A stretch of 53,561 bases of DNA from a virus (IMGVR_UViG_3300031949_000052:1-53561); one strand, 5' to 3'. Counted from the stretch's first letter, positions 7,580 to 16,752 are shown. Notes: generated by a model from the sequence alone, not told the origin. Translations and numbers: made by a program.

Positions 7580-9073
7580 ATGAACAAGGGCGTAATATTG
7601 AAGAAGAACGCGGGGCATGACATTCCCCGGGGACTTCTGGAGAAGGTGATCGAGCAACACCAGTCCTCACTGGGAAGTGCCACCATTCTCAATGCTGGCA
7701 CTGACGACGCCATCCTGGACTGTCAGCTCGAAGCCGAAGTGCCGACAGTGGACGACTTCATGGCAGCTCAGGCCACACCCGAGATGCACGCGAAGGAGGT
7801 CTACCTCCACTTCGGCCACAACGAGGGGCCGATCGAGTCCGACGAGTACCTCCAGCCTTTCCTCCTGTTGGAGGACGAGGTCGAGGGAGCGAAGGAGGCC
7901 GACGACCCGCTGCCTTCTGTTGTTGTTTTTCTTGAGGGTGATTTCGTTCACAACGACGTCGACAAGACCGGGCCCAAGGACTACCTGGTCGCGATGGAGT
8001 ACCTGCAGGAGCGGTACGAAGGCCTGTACAACGACTGCGATCGCAACATCGGTCAGTTCATGAACCTCATCAAGGGGTCCAAGATCAGGCAGGAGATCGC
8101 AACCCACTGGAGTGGGCGGGGCGTGATCTTGGTCGTTGCCTACAACGGTGACACTGCCGTCTACGCTGAGAACGACCGCCGTCTCGAAGGGGACTGGGGC
8201 TGGGCCAGCGATAGCTGCGGCTGGGACCCCAACGTCACCGTCGGTGCTGTGACTGGCGAACCCATCGTCGGTACCGGCAGACGGCGCAAGAGTTTCGCCG
8301 AACGCACCAAGGCTGCCAGTGGTACGCCCGCCGAACAGAAGGGCGATACCGTCATCGCTGCGAAGGACGCCAAGGCCGACCTAGCCGCTGCGACTGCGGC
8401 TGGCACTACATCGACCGCCATCAAGGTCGACCCCAAGGATATGGTGGGCCCTCCGGCGCACCTGCAGTCCAAGAACGAATTGAAACATTGGTACACCAAG
8501 CACCTGGGTTACGTACCCGATGGGTACCGCAGCAGACCCACCTTCCCTCGTGCTGTGTTGAAGAACCTGGAAGCCCACATTCCGACGGAGGTCATCAAGG
8601 ACCCAAAGGAACTGGGGGCGGCCTTGTCGGCCAAGGAGGTGGCCAAGGACGTCTACGTGCCCATGGGCGAACAGACCAGGAAGTCCCTCAACCAGTTCAT
8701 GAACAACCTGGGCAAGGAGGACAAGGACGAGATCATCGACCCGGCCACCATCCCCGACCTGGAGGGCAAAGAACCCACCTTGTGGGAGGAGCTTGGTATT
8801 CCGCTGGAGGAATTCATGCGGATTTCCAAGAAGGGCTTACGGAAATTGGGGACCCACAGCACGGCACAACTTGCGTGTCTGGCCTCGAACTACCGTGGCT
8901 TATACGCTCAGGCTATGCTTGACATGTCCAAACTGACCGACCCCGGTACGAAGGTCGGTGACGCGGCCACCGTCCACAAGCTGGCCAAAGACGAACTCAA
9001 ACCCGACGCAGCTCCCGCTGCAACCAAGAAGCGCAAATCCTTCGCCGATCGCGCGAAGGGTGCCGCTGCCTAA
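7580..9073 (+). CDS. Degenerate class II glutamine amidotransferase (Ntn)-like protein with long C-terminal extension
   Basis: N-terminus follows the phage GATase pattern (VILKKNAGHDIP..LLE, VYLHFGH..G..E.LQPF, WGWASDS) but has no N-terminal Cys. Confidence 0.55.
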   Translation: MNKGVILKKNAGHDIPRGLLEKVIEQHQSSLGSATILNAGTDDAILDCQLEAEVPTVDDFMAAQATPEMHAKEVYLHFGHNEGPIESDEYLQPFLLLEDEVEGAKEADDPLPSVVVFLEGDFVHNDVDKTGPKDYLVAMEYLQERYEGLYNDCDRNIGQFMNLIKGSKIRQEIATHWSGRGVILVVAYNGDTAVYAENDRRLEGDWGWASDSCGWDPNVTVGAVTGEPIVGTGRRRKSFAERTKAASGTPAEQKGDTVIAAKDAKADLAAATAAGTTSTAIKVDPKDMVGPPAHLQSKNELKHWYTKHLGYVPDGYRSRPTFPRAVLKNLEAHIPTEVIKDPKELGAALSAKEVAKDVYVPMGEQTRKSLNQFMNNLGKEDKDEIIDPATIPDLEGKEPTLWEELGIPLEEFMRISKKGLRKLGTHSTAQLACLASNYRGLYAQAMLDMSKLTDPGTKVGDAATVHKLAKDELKPDAAPAATKKRKSFADRAKGAAA

Positions 9074-9110
9074 GACGTTCAGCAAAAGCTGAACACAACC
9101 TCTCCCTCCG

Positions 9111-9200
9111 GCTCCCTCTCTCGTGGTTACCCTGCAATAGGTACGGCTCGCAAGGCCCCCTTAGGGTACTGGAAGCCTAGCTTCGCCACGGAGAGGGGGC
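9111..9200 (+). ncRNA. Structured intergenic element
   Basis: GCTCCCTCTCTCGTGG/CCACGGAGAGGGGGC closing stem, internal TACCCT/AGGGTA and GAAGC/GCTTC stems; preceded by GTTCAGC-AAAA-GCTGAAC hairpin. Confidence 0.45.
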
Positions 9201-9231
9201 TCCCTCCACCTTAATAGCGGGAGCTTCCCCC

Positions 9232-9957
9232 ATGTTTAATCTGCGCAAGGTATCTGTCGCACGTGTCGTCAACCTGTTCCGCAAGAAACCCCAGTGGTTG
9301 GAAGAGGACCAGTGGGAAACCAAGAACACCCCCGATGTTGCTACGTTGGAGGCCCAAGCTCTGGTTCATGTCTTTGTTTACGGACAGATGATGCGCAAAC
9401 GCCCTCAACACAAGAAGTGGATGGGCGACAAGAACTCTGCGTATCTCTGTTATGGGTTCACCTATGAACCCTACGAGATGTGGAAAAAGGAACTGGGGAA
9501 GGAGAGCTACCCGGTAGCCCTTGAAGGGGCGACCCCCGGATTTCCGAGCAATCGTATCAAGGGTGAACTACACACAATGCTCCCCCATCAGGTCTTTACC
9601 CTTGACAGAATGATGGAGAATACGGTACAATTCGAACGTAGACGTGTCCGTATTGTGATCCCCCATTACCGTGACATGTCTTTTTTCGGCTCTGCTCAGG
9701 ACATGCCCGCCTTCCAAGCAGAGGACAAGTACACCCATTCGCTCCAAACCCCCACTGTATCCGCTTTCATGTACGTTGGCAAGCCCGATTACTGGGAACC
9801 GATGTTTAATGGTATCAAGGTTAAGAACTGGGACCGAGAGGGTTACGAGACTGCATCCAGGATTGGCGGATCAGCCACTCTGACTTCTGTTCGAAGGTTC
9901 AAGCACAAGAAGTTAGGTCTATTTCAATTCTTTAGTGACAAGGAAGTTCCCAAATAA
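9232..9957 (+). CDS. Gamma-glutamylcyclotransferase (GGCT/AIG2-like) family protein
   Basis: VFVYGQM..H, IKGELH, LDRMMEN, FERRRVRI, AFMYVG motifs. Confidence 0.75.
   Translation: MFNLRKVSVARVVNLFRKKPQWLEEDQWETKNTPDVATLEAQALVHVFVYGQMMRKRPQHKKWMGDKNSAYLCYGFTYEPYEMWKKELGKESYPVALEGATPGFPSNRIKGELHTMLPHQVFTLDRMMENTVQFERRRVRIVIPHYRDMSFFGSAQDMPAFQAEDKYTHSLQTPTVSAFMYVGKPDYWEPMFNGIKVKNWDREGYETASRIGGSATLTSVRRFKHKKLGLFQFFSDKEVPK
9602..9631 (+). promoter_or_regulatory. Possible internal sigma70 promoter for replication genes
   Basis: TTGACA-N18-TACAAT. Confidence 0.4.
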
Positions 9958-11690
9958 GTCAGCTTGTTGAAAGTCGTCAGCCGTGTCCACAGTGTACGTC
10001 GTCTGATGCGTTCCATACATACGACGATGGTCACGGCTATTGTTTTTCGTGTGCTTATTACCAACATCCCTCCGGTAAGGAGGATGTGAAGTATACCTAT
10101 GAGTACCTCCCTTGGCGGGGAGTTACCAAGGAGGTAATGAAGTTCTACGATTGCAAGACGAAGATCGACGCCGAGGGCGTACCCGTTTCGTTAGGCTTTA
10201 AGTATCCCAATGGCGCCCATAAGGTGCGACGTTTGGATGCTAAAGAATTCTACACGTCCGGGGAGATCAACAAGGAAGGTCTCTTTGGTACAGACAGGTT
10301 CGCAGCAGGGTCGCATAAATATGTGACCATAACGGAGGGTGAACTCGATGCGTTATCTCTATACCAAGCGATACGTGCGCCTGTCGTTAGTGTTCATAGC
10401 GCTACTAGTGCTCTACGCGACTGCACTCACAGTCGATCCTGGCTTGGCTCGTTCGAGAGGGTGTATCTCTGCTTCGATAATGACGCCGCAGGACGCGACG
10501 CTACGCGAGCTGTGGCTCGGCTCTTCGAGTTCAATAAAGTGTTTGTGGTCCCACTCGCCCCCCGAAAAGATCCTAATGACTGGCTGGGGACACCTGACGG
10601 AGCTAATGAACTACGTAATATCTGGGAGAATGCTAAACGATATCTCCCAGACAATATCGTATCTAGGCGAGAAGATTTCCACGCTATTCTAAGAGGCGGT
10701 AACGCCTGGGGGGTACCGTACCCATGGTCCAAGCTCACCGAGATGACGTACGGCATCCGTAAGGGTGAGTCAGTTTTAATCACCGCTCAGGAGAAGGTCG
10801 GCAAGACTGAGCTGATGCACTTCATTGAGCACCAACTGTTGAGAGAGACAGATGCAAACATCGGCGCCATCTACCTCGAAGAACCAAAGCGAAGGCATCT
10901 CCAAGCTTTGGCAGGAATTTCACTCGGCGCTCCAGTCCACCTTCCAGACTGCAGTTATTCCGAGGATAAAATCATTTCTGCAGTCGACGCTCTTGTTGGG
11001 CGTGATGACCGGCTGTTCGTTTATGCATCTTTCGGGAGTCTTGACCCAGATCTACTGGTCGACACCATACGAGTTCTTGCCGCTGGTTATCAGTGCGACT
11101 ACATTCTGCTTGACCATATTAGCATGGTTGTTAGCGGGAATTCAGGTGTGGATGAACGGCAAACGCTCGACTACCTCTCTACCAAGCTAGAGATGCTGGT
11201 TAAAGAGCTGAACATAGCTCTGATACTGGTCTCTCATGTCAACGATGAGGGGAAGACACGTGGTAGTCGTTACATTAGCAAGGTGTGCGACATCCGCATC
11301 GACGCTACTAGAGACCAACAACACACCGATCCCATTGAGAGGTGTACCATCCACCTGAACGTTGCTTATAATCGTTTCTCCGGGGCTACTGGTCCGGCAG
11401 GCAAGATCATCTTCGACCTGCCTACCTACTCGTTCAAACAGGTCAACGACCTGTTGACCAAAGAGGAGAGGGACAATGAAGAGGAAACGCAACGGTTACT
11501 TCCTTCAAGTACCCTTCCGCCCCAAAGGGAGGAAGCAGTTCAAGAAATTATCCAAAAGGCACTCAGTGGAGGAGCAGCCACCTTCGAACGTCAAGAGGAA
11601 CAGCTACGTCTTCTACGAGAAAGTGTGGGTGTTAGTCCCACGATCGAGGGGGAAGGGAAGAAAGAGGTTGAAGCCTGTGTTGCGGTATAG
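9954..11690 (+). CDS. T7 gp4-like DNA primase-helicase; ATA start at 9954, internal GTG start at 10086
   Basis: In-frame Zn finger CPQC-SSDA-DGHGYCFSC upstream of the track start; TOPRIM ITEGELDA, FDNDAAG, KDPND; helicase VGKT, ILLDHIS, LVSH, RGS, NRFSG.TG. Confidence 0.93.
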   Translation: MSQLVESRQPCPQCTSSDAFHTYDDGHGYCFSCAYYQHPSGKEDVKYTYEYLPWRGVTKEVMKFYDCKTKIDAEGVPVSLGFKYPNGAHKVRRLDAKEFYTSGEINKEGLFGTDRFAAGSHKYVTITEGELDALSLYQAIRAPVVSVHSATSALRDCTHSRSWLGSFERVYLCFDNDAAGRDATRAVARLFEFNKVFVVPLAPRKDPNDWLGTPDGANELRNIWENAKRYLPDNIVSRREDFHAILRGGNAWGVPYPWSKLTEMTYGIRKGESVLITAQEKVGKTELMHFIEHQLLRETDANIGAIYLEEPKRRHLQALAGISLGAPVHLPDCSYSEDKIISAVDALVGRDDRLFVYASFGSLDPDLLVDTIRVLAAGYQCDYILLDHISMVVSGNSGVDERQTLDYLSTKLEMLVKELNIALILVSHVNDEGKTRGSRYISKVCDIRIDATRDQQHTDPIERCTIHLNVAYNRFSGATGPAGKIIFDLPTYSFKQVNDLLTKEERDNEEETQRLLPSSTLPPQREEAVQEIIQKALSGGAATFERQEEQLRLLRESVGVSPTIEGEGKKEVEACVAV

Positions 11691-11748
11691 GCCCGTCTGG
11701 GTTCACAGCAAAGGCGAAGAGGAGCAGTGGTATGACCCGCAAGCTTAG
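11476..11748 (+). CDS. Basic hypothetical protein overlapping helicase tail
   Basis: GGAGAGGGA RBS; very K/R-rich. Confidence 0.5.
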   Translation: MKRKRNGYFLQVPFRPKGRKQFKKLSKRHSVEEQPPSNVKRNSYVFYEKVWVLVPRSRGKGRKRLKPVLRYRPVWVHSKGEEEQWYDPQA

Positions 11749-11959
11749 TGTTTTGACAGTCACTGCTGAACTGCGTGACTGGACATTCCCCACTTCTTAC
11801 CTCGCACAGGGAAAGGTCTACGGCCACCCTATTTGGGACGAAGGGCATCAACTTAATTGTATTCAAGTTGCATCTATATCTGAGTTCGGTGACCATTGGA
11901 TTGTCAAGACTGTGGCAGGCACAGTGTACAAGTTATTAAAGGCTACGGAATTAAAATGA
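11732..11959 (+). CDS. Small phage protein (W..G.V.GHP type)
   Basis: GAGGAG RBS; resembles 19145-19429. Confidence 0.7.
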   Translation: MTRKLSVLTVTAELRDWTFPTSYLAQGKVYGHPIWDEGHQLNCIQVASISEFGDHWIVKTVAGTVYKLLKATELK

Positions 11960-12759
11960 TGAATTGGAACCTGGACTTCTTCCACTCGGGGGAGTGGGAT
12001 GTTGTCCGTGAAAAGCTACAAGATCTACGAGAAAGAGGGGAGGTTCACTGCCCTCAGCGTGAGGATTTGTTTAAAGCATTAGAAGCTACAAAATTCAGAG
12101 ATGTTAAGGTTGTGTTAATGGGTCAGGACCCTTATCCTAACCCACGGTTCGCTACTGGTTTATCTTTTAGTATACCTAGGGATGTACCTAGGGAAGAGTG
12201 GCCTCCAACCTTGGTCAACCTGCTTCGCGAGTACCAAGATGATCTCTTGTGGCCAGAACCGCGACTTGGAGATTTGAGTTGGTGGGCTCGCCAGGGGGTA
12301 CTTCTATGGAATGCAGTACCCTCATGCGAGGCATGGAAATCTGCATCACATCGCTGGCCCGAGTGGGAGTACCTGACCAAGGAAATTGTAGAGAAGCTAG
12401 ACAAGAAAAAGAACGTTGTTTTTATCTTTGTAGGCGGTGTCTCAAAGGCATACCGCCAGTACGTTAAAGACTGTGACTGTATAGAAACAGCACATCCATC
12501 TCCTAGAGCTAAGAACGCGAGCACTCCATTCTTTGGTTCGAGAATATTCTCCCGAGCTAACAACATGTTAGCAGAGATTGGGGTAACCCCTGTAGACTGG
12601 AAGCTCTGGGATAACAAAAGCAAAAACAATGAACAAGAACCCCAAGAACAACTTGAAACCCAACCCGATGTACAATCTGTGGTTGAAGGTGAACAGTCTA
12701 GCGCAGAGCTTCGACCCTCTTCTAGAGAAGTTGAAGGAGTCGGAGCCAAGTCTAGTTAG
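11956..12759 (+). CDS. ung: Uracil-DNA glycosylase, family 1
   Basis: VKVVLMGQDPYP, ATGLSFS, PPTLVN, WARQGVLLWN, HPSP, PFFGS motifs; ATGA-coupled start. Confidence 0.95.
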   Translation: MMNWNLDFFHSGEWDVVREKLQDLRERGEVHCPQREDLFKALEATKFRDVKVVLMGQDPYPNPRFATGLSFSIPRDVPREEWPPTLVNLLREYQDDLLWPEPRLGDLSWWARQGVLLWNAVPSCEAWKSASHRWPEWEYLTKEIVEKLDKKKNVVFIFVGGVSKAYRQYVKDCDCIETAHPSPRAKNASTPFFGSRIFSRANNMLAEIGVTPVDWKLWDNKSKNNEQEPQEQLETQPDVQSVVEGEQSSAELRPSSREVEGVGAKSS

Positions 12760-12853
12760 TCGCATTGGAACTGCGATAGCGGATATCGAATGGGCGCACA
12801 TCCTTATGCGGCGTGCAGCCGACGACATCGACAAGGAACGGAGAAAGAAATGA
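12629..12853 (+). CDS. Hypothetical helical protein overlapping UDG tail
   Basis: 74-aa ORF, ATGA-coupled to next gene. Confidence 0.55.
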   Translation: MNKNPKNNLKPNPMYNLWLKVNSLAQSFDPLLEKLKESEPSLVSRIGTAIADIEWAHILMRRAADDIDKERRKK

Positions 12854-13020
12854 CCAAACCTGTGCTCGATGAACGAACAATTAATATCTTGAAAAGGGGT
12901 AAGCCTTTCTACGGAGACTGGCTTTACGACAAAAACTGTGTTATCTTAGATGGTGAATGTGACTGTCTTCGTAAACCAGGCGCCAGCCTCCCTGAGTGTA
13001 AAAAGTACACACAGCGCTAG
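12850..13020 (+). CDS. Small Cys-rich protein
   Basis: GGAG RBS, ATG 12850. Confidence 0.55.
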   Translation: MTKPVLDERTINILKRGKPFYGDWLYDKNCVILDGECDCLRKPGASLPECKKYTQR

Positions 13021-13089
13021 TAGGGTAGCGGCCCCCCTAGAATAACGCACCCACGGGCTTCCTAGAGGCTCTGGCGGGCATTCTATTAG
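13016..13089 (+). repeat. Dispersed intergenic motif copy 2
   Basis: CGCTAGTAGGGTAGCGG...AACGCACC..GGGCTTCCTAG...CATTCTATTAG. Confidence 0.7.
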
Positions 13090-13105
13090 AGGTGGAGGGT
13101 CACCA

Positions 13106-13480
13106 ATGAGCGGTACAACGGAAGAAACAGAGGAACAAGTGGAATTTGAGACTGAAAGTAATAACGTAATTAATTTTGATAAAGCTCGTAAGGGGCTAGA
13201 CGACGGTGCTGCTGAGGATGACAACTGGCTACTTAAACAACCAGTTGGAACTGTCTTCCTTACCAAAGCCAAGCTACCTAAGGGTAAGCTAGGTGGTATG
13301 GACCTTGACAGCCTTAGTAAGGACTACGGTGCTACCGAGCTACACGTGATGTTCAAGACTCCATTAGGTTATGTGAAGTTAATGCATAACCTAAGTGGAC
13401 AGGAGATGTTTTCCTGGGTCTATAGTAAGGATTTCAGTAAACATAATTACCTAGTTGAGGTACTGAGCCCTACTATGTAA
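13106..13480 (+). CDS. Hypothetical protein
   Basis: GGAGGG RBS; acidic N-terminus. Confidence 0.7.
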   Translation: MSGTTEETEEQVEFETESNNVINFDKARKGLDDGAAEDDNWLLKQPVGTVFLTKAKLPKGKLGGMDLDSLSKDYGATELHVMFKTPLGYVKLMHNLSGQEMFSWVYSKDFSKHNYLVEVLSPTM

Positions 13481-13620
13481 TTGATAGTGAGTACATAGTT
13501 ACGTAGTTTCTAAGGATAGACTACCTAACAGATTACTTAGGTAATTCTTCTAGCATAGTATACTATGTATATATACTTAGTATATACTATGTAGTATACT
13601 AAGTATCTTATAAGGAAAGA
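13481..13620. other. AT-rich palindromic tract; candidate replication origin
   Basis: CATAGTATACTATG and TAGTATACTA palindromes and ACTA/TAGT repeats just upstream of the polymerase. Confidence 0.45.
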
Positions 13621-13630
13621 TTAGTTGATT

Positions 13631-13807
13631 ATGTCTAATGTTATAGGTCCTATTGATAAGGATACTTGGTTGACTCTTAGAGCAATTAGGGGTAGTGTTC
13701 TATTTATGGAAGAGAATAACTTTGATGGCCGCTATGATGTAGCCATTGAGAAGGAGAGTAATATCTATTGTTCTTTATTAGAACCTTTACTTAAGCAAGC
13801 AGCTTGA
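13631..13807 (+). CDS. Small hypothetical protein
   Basis: Stop overlaps the polymerase TTG start (TTGA). Confidence 0.6.
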   Translation: MSNVIGPIDKDTWLTLRAIRGSVLFMEENNFDGRYDVAIEKESNIYCSLLEPLLKQAA

Positions 13808-15768
13808 AGGTTGTTATCGACATTGAAGCTAATGGGCTTCGTAATCCAACGCAAATCTGGGTGATTGTCTGTAAGGACATTGACACTGGAAAGCATTACA
13901 TATTCCGAGAGGTAACCTCCAATGCAAACGCTAAGGAAGATTTTCTCAGCTTCGCTAAGGGTGTTACACTTTGGATTGGCCACAACTTTCTGGGCTATGA
14001 CTACCCTAACCTTAATCGCTTGGTTGGTTTACACATTGATCAGGTTTATGCCTGTTCTATTGATACTTTGGTTGTTTCTAAGTTAGCTGATTACTCCCGA
14101 GACGAAGGCCATTCCATTGAAGCATACGGAGTGGAGTTCGGACAGGAGAAGATAGCCTTCACGGACTTCAGCAAATACACCCCAGAGATGGAGGAGTATT
14201 GTGTTCGAGATTGTGATATCTGCCATAAGGTATATAACCATCATCTTGGTTATATCAACGATCCTGGTAATAAGCGTTGTATTAAGACTGAACAACGTTT
14301 CCAACTCATTACTAATTCGCTTCACGACGATGGCTTTGGTTTTAATATTAGTGGTTGTCTTGATCTACTCAGCACAGTCACTGAGGAACTCAGGGTATTA
14401 GACGAGCAGTTACTCAAGGAGTTTCCTCCTAAAGAAGTATTGATTAAAGAATTTACACCGAAAGCTACCAAGTTTGGTACGATCAATAAGACATCTGTGC
14501 CACGTAGCCTATGGGATAAGATACATGAATACGAGATTGGAGAGACTTACAGACACACTAAACTGGTGCCGTTCAATCCCGGATCGCCAGTTCAGATCGT
14601 TTCTGTACTTCATGAAGCTAATTGGCGCCCCGAGGTCAAGACTAAAACACATGCAGAGGCTGAGAGAGACCTTAATAGGCTCAAGTACCGACGTGGAAGA
14701 GATAGCCAAGTCGATGAAACAATCAAGTTACTGGAAGCTAGACTTGTTAAGCTCCAGAAAAAAGGTTGGAAAGTAAACGAACAAAACTTAAGTACTTTAC
14801 CTGACGATGCCCCCGCCCCTGCCAGGACTCTGGCCCGACGTATCTTGTATGAGTCCAGGCGGAAGACACTAACTGAATGGAAAGGCTTGTACAACGAGAA
14901 GACAGGCCGAATACACGGTGACTTTTACGGGATCGGTGCATGGACGCACCGCATGGCGCATCAGCGCCCTAATACTGCGAATATCCCTACCGAACATAAG
15001 TTGTTTGGAAAGGAGATGCGGACCCTATGGCGTGCGCCTAAACGGCGCTTGCTAGTAGGTGTAGATGCCGACAGTATCCAATTCAGGATTGCCGCGCATT
15101 ACATCGGGGACCCCGCGCTAATTAAGAAGATCGTCGATGGCAAGAAGTCCGATAAAACTGACCCACATTCATACAACATGAAAGTCATCGGCGACTTCTG
15201 TCCTAGCAGAGACGCTTCCAAACGTACTCTATTCTCACTGATCCTGGGAGGTGGACCCAAAAAGTTCGCAGAACTCAATGGGTGTACAGTTCCCCAGGGA
15301 GAACAGGCCAGGGATAATTTGTATCAAGAGTACCCTGGCTTAGTCACTTTGAAACAAGAGATTGTTGTCGAAGACGCTAAGCGTGGTTACTTCATAGGAT
15401 TGGATGGGCGTAAGGTGATTGTGCCGGATGCCACTATCTCTGGTCGTAAACATCTTATGCCCTCCGGTTATCTTCAGAACGGCGAAGCCGTGATTATGAA
15501 GATGGCTTGCATACTCTGGCATGACGATCCAGAGATGCGTGAGTTATTCAAGGAATACCGTTGGTTTTTAGTTGACTTTGTACACGATGAATGGCAAACT
15601 GAGGTTCCTAACAAGATGGAAATTGCCCTCAGAATTGCTAAGAAGCAAGCAGATAGTTTGAGAATTGTTGGTGAGGAACTTGGGCTCAAGTGCCCATTAG
15701 CAGGGAGCTATTGGAATGAAGATGCCAAAGACTACACCATCGGAACAACCTGGGCCGTCACACACTAG
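13804..15768 (+). CDS. Family A DNA polymerase with 3'-5' exonuclease (T7 gp5-like)
   Basis: DIEANGL, GHNFLGYD, Y..RD exonuclease motifs; RMAHQRPN.ANIP, VGVDADSIQFR, LQNGEA, VHDEWQ. Confidence 0.96.
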   Translation: MKVVIDIEANGLRNPTQIWVIVCKDIDTGKHYIFREVTSNANAKEDFLSFAKGVTLWIGHNFLGYDYPNLNRLVGLHIDQVYACSIDTLVVSKLADYSRDEGHSIEAYGVEFGQEKIAFTDFSKYTPEMEEYCVRDCDICHKVYNHHLGYINDPGNKRCIKTEQRFQLITNSLHDDGFGFNISGCLDLLSTVTEELRVLDEQLLKEFPPKEVLIKEFTPKATKFGTINKTSVPRSLWDKIHEYEIGETYRHTKLVPFNPGSPVQIVSVLHEANWRPEVKTKTHAEAERDLNRLKYRRGRDSQVDETIKLLEARLVKLQKKGWKVNEQNLSTLPDDAPAPARTLARRILYESRRKTLTEWKGLYNEKTGRIHGDFYGIGAWTHRMAHQRPNTANIPTEHKLFGKEMRTLWRAPKRRLLVGVDADSIQFRIAAHYIGDPALIKKIVDGKKSDKTDPHSYNMKVIGDFCPSRDASKRTLFSLILGGGPKKFAELNGCTVPQGEQARDNLYQEYPGLVTLKQEIVVEDAKRGYFIGLDGRKVIVPDATISGRKHLMPSGYLQNGEAVIMKMACILWHDDPEMRELFKEYRWFLVDFVHDEWQTEVPNKMEIALRIAKKQADSLRIVGEELGLKCPLAGSYWNEDAKDYTIGTTWAVTH

Positions 15769-15938
15769 GTGGTGTACTTGCGGGCATACTACGGTTTGTG
15801 ACTGTGCTACTAACGAAGTGGGGTACATGCGTATTCGTTGTGGCTGGACTCTATGCCAGTATTATGACGAAGGTGCTCCTGTACTTGTGTGTCCAATGCC
15901 AATTCAAGGCGCAGCATGTCAAGGAATGGGGGACCCTA

Positions 15939-16394
15939 ATGAATACCTCTGATGGGAAGACAGTTCACGCTCCTGGTTGTGAGTGTGACTTCTGTAAGGC
16001 AGGCCTAACCCAACCGGCACCTTCCAGGAAGAAACCAAAGATGATGTTGGTTGTAAGGACCGATCTTGGGATGGGTACTGGCAAGATCGCCGCCCAGACA
16101 GGGCATGCTGTTACGATGGCTGTCCTAAACAATGCGAACAAGACTGGGGACCAGTTAGAAGTATTCCTAGAATGGTATCGCGGCGGCATGAAGAAAGTTT
16201 GTGTCGGGATTGACGGCGAAGCTGCCCTATTCCAAGTTATTGAAAGGTCTCGTTTACACAAAGTACCCGCGTCCTTGGTTCAGGATGCAGGGCTGACACA
16301 GAATGAACCTGGTACCTACACGTGCTGTGCGGTTGGTCCTGCAAAGGACAAGACAATTGAAAAGATTACCGGCAGCCTCAAGCTGCTCGATTAA
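15939..16394 (+). CDS. pth2: Peptidyl-tRNA hydrolase PTH2
   Basis: LVVRTDLGMGTGKIAAQTGHA, W..GMKKVCV, VQDAGLTQ..PGTYT...VGP, ITGSLKLL. Confidence 0.93.
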   Translation: MNTSDGKTVHAPGCECDFCKAGLTQPAPSRKKPKMMLVVRTDLGMGTGKIAAQTGHAVTMAVLNNANKTGDQLEVFLEWYRGGMKKVCVGIDGEAALFQVIERSRLHKVPASLVQDAGLTQNEPGTYTCCAVGPAKDKTIEKITGSLKLLD

Positions 16395-16432
16395 TTAGGG
16401 AATTTCCCCGCTCTCAATAAGGAGAAGAAACT

Positions 16433-16663
16433 ATGGAGTGGAAACTTCTGATTACCACGGATACGTCCACCCTGCAAGTTATCGCAGGAGCACTAGGCTT
16501 TGTCCTAGGTCTGTGGCTGATCGGTGCAGTTCATGGCGTGAGCAATTCAGTCCAGGAACTGACCAAGGTGGTCAAGCGTAAGGACTTCTCGAAGAAGCCG
16601 GTGGACGAAGTCGCGTACGACTATTGGACCGGCGAACCCGAGATGTACTGCAAGTACTACTGA
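16433..16663 (+). CDS. Small membrane protein
   Basis: TAAGGAG RBS; one transmembrane helix. Confidence 0.7.
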   Translation: MEWKLLITTDTSTLQVIAGALGFVLGLWLIGAVHGVSNSVQELTKVVKRKDFSKKPVDEVAYDYWTGEPEMYCKYY

Positions 16664-16670
16664 TTACCAA

Positions 16671-16752
16671 TAGTGGAGCCTTAGCAGGTCAGGGCGTAAG
16701 TCAACCTTAACGACGTAAGCTTCGGCGAGAAGTCTGAGTTAGGGCTCCACTA
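16671..16752 (+). ncRNA. Structured RNA module
   Basis: TAGTGGAGCCTTAGC/GTTAGGGCTCCACTA 15-bp stem, inner CAGGGC/GTCTG and two small hairpins; followed by CTTTTCCTTT. Confidence 0.55.

Noticed and set aside
15798-15938. N-terminal membrane extension of PTH2
   Set aside because: No RBS at 15798; ATG 15939 has a purine-rich upstream site
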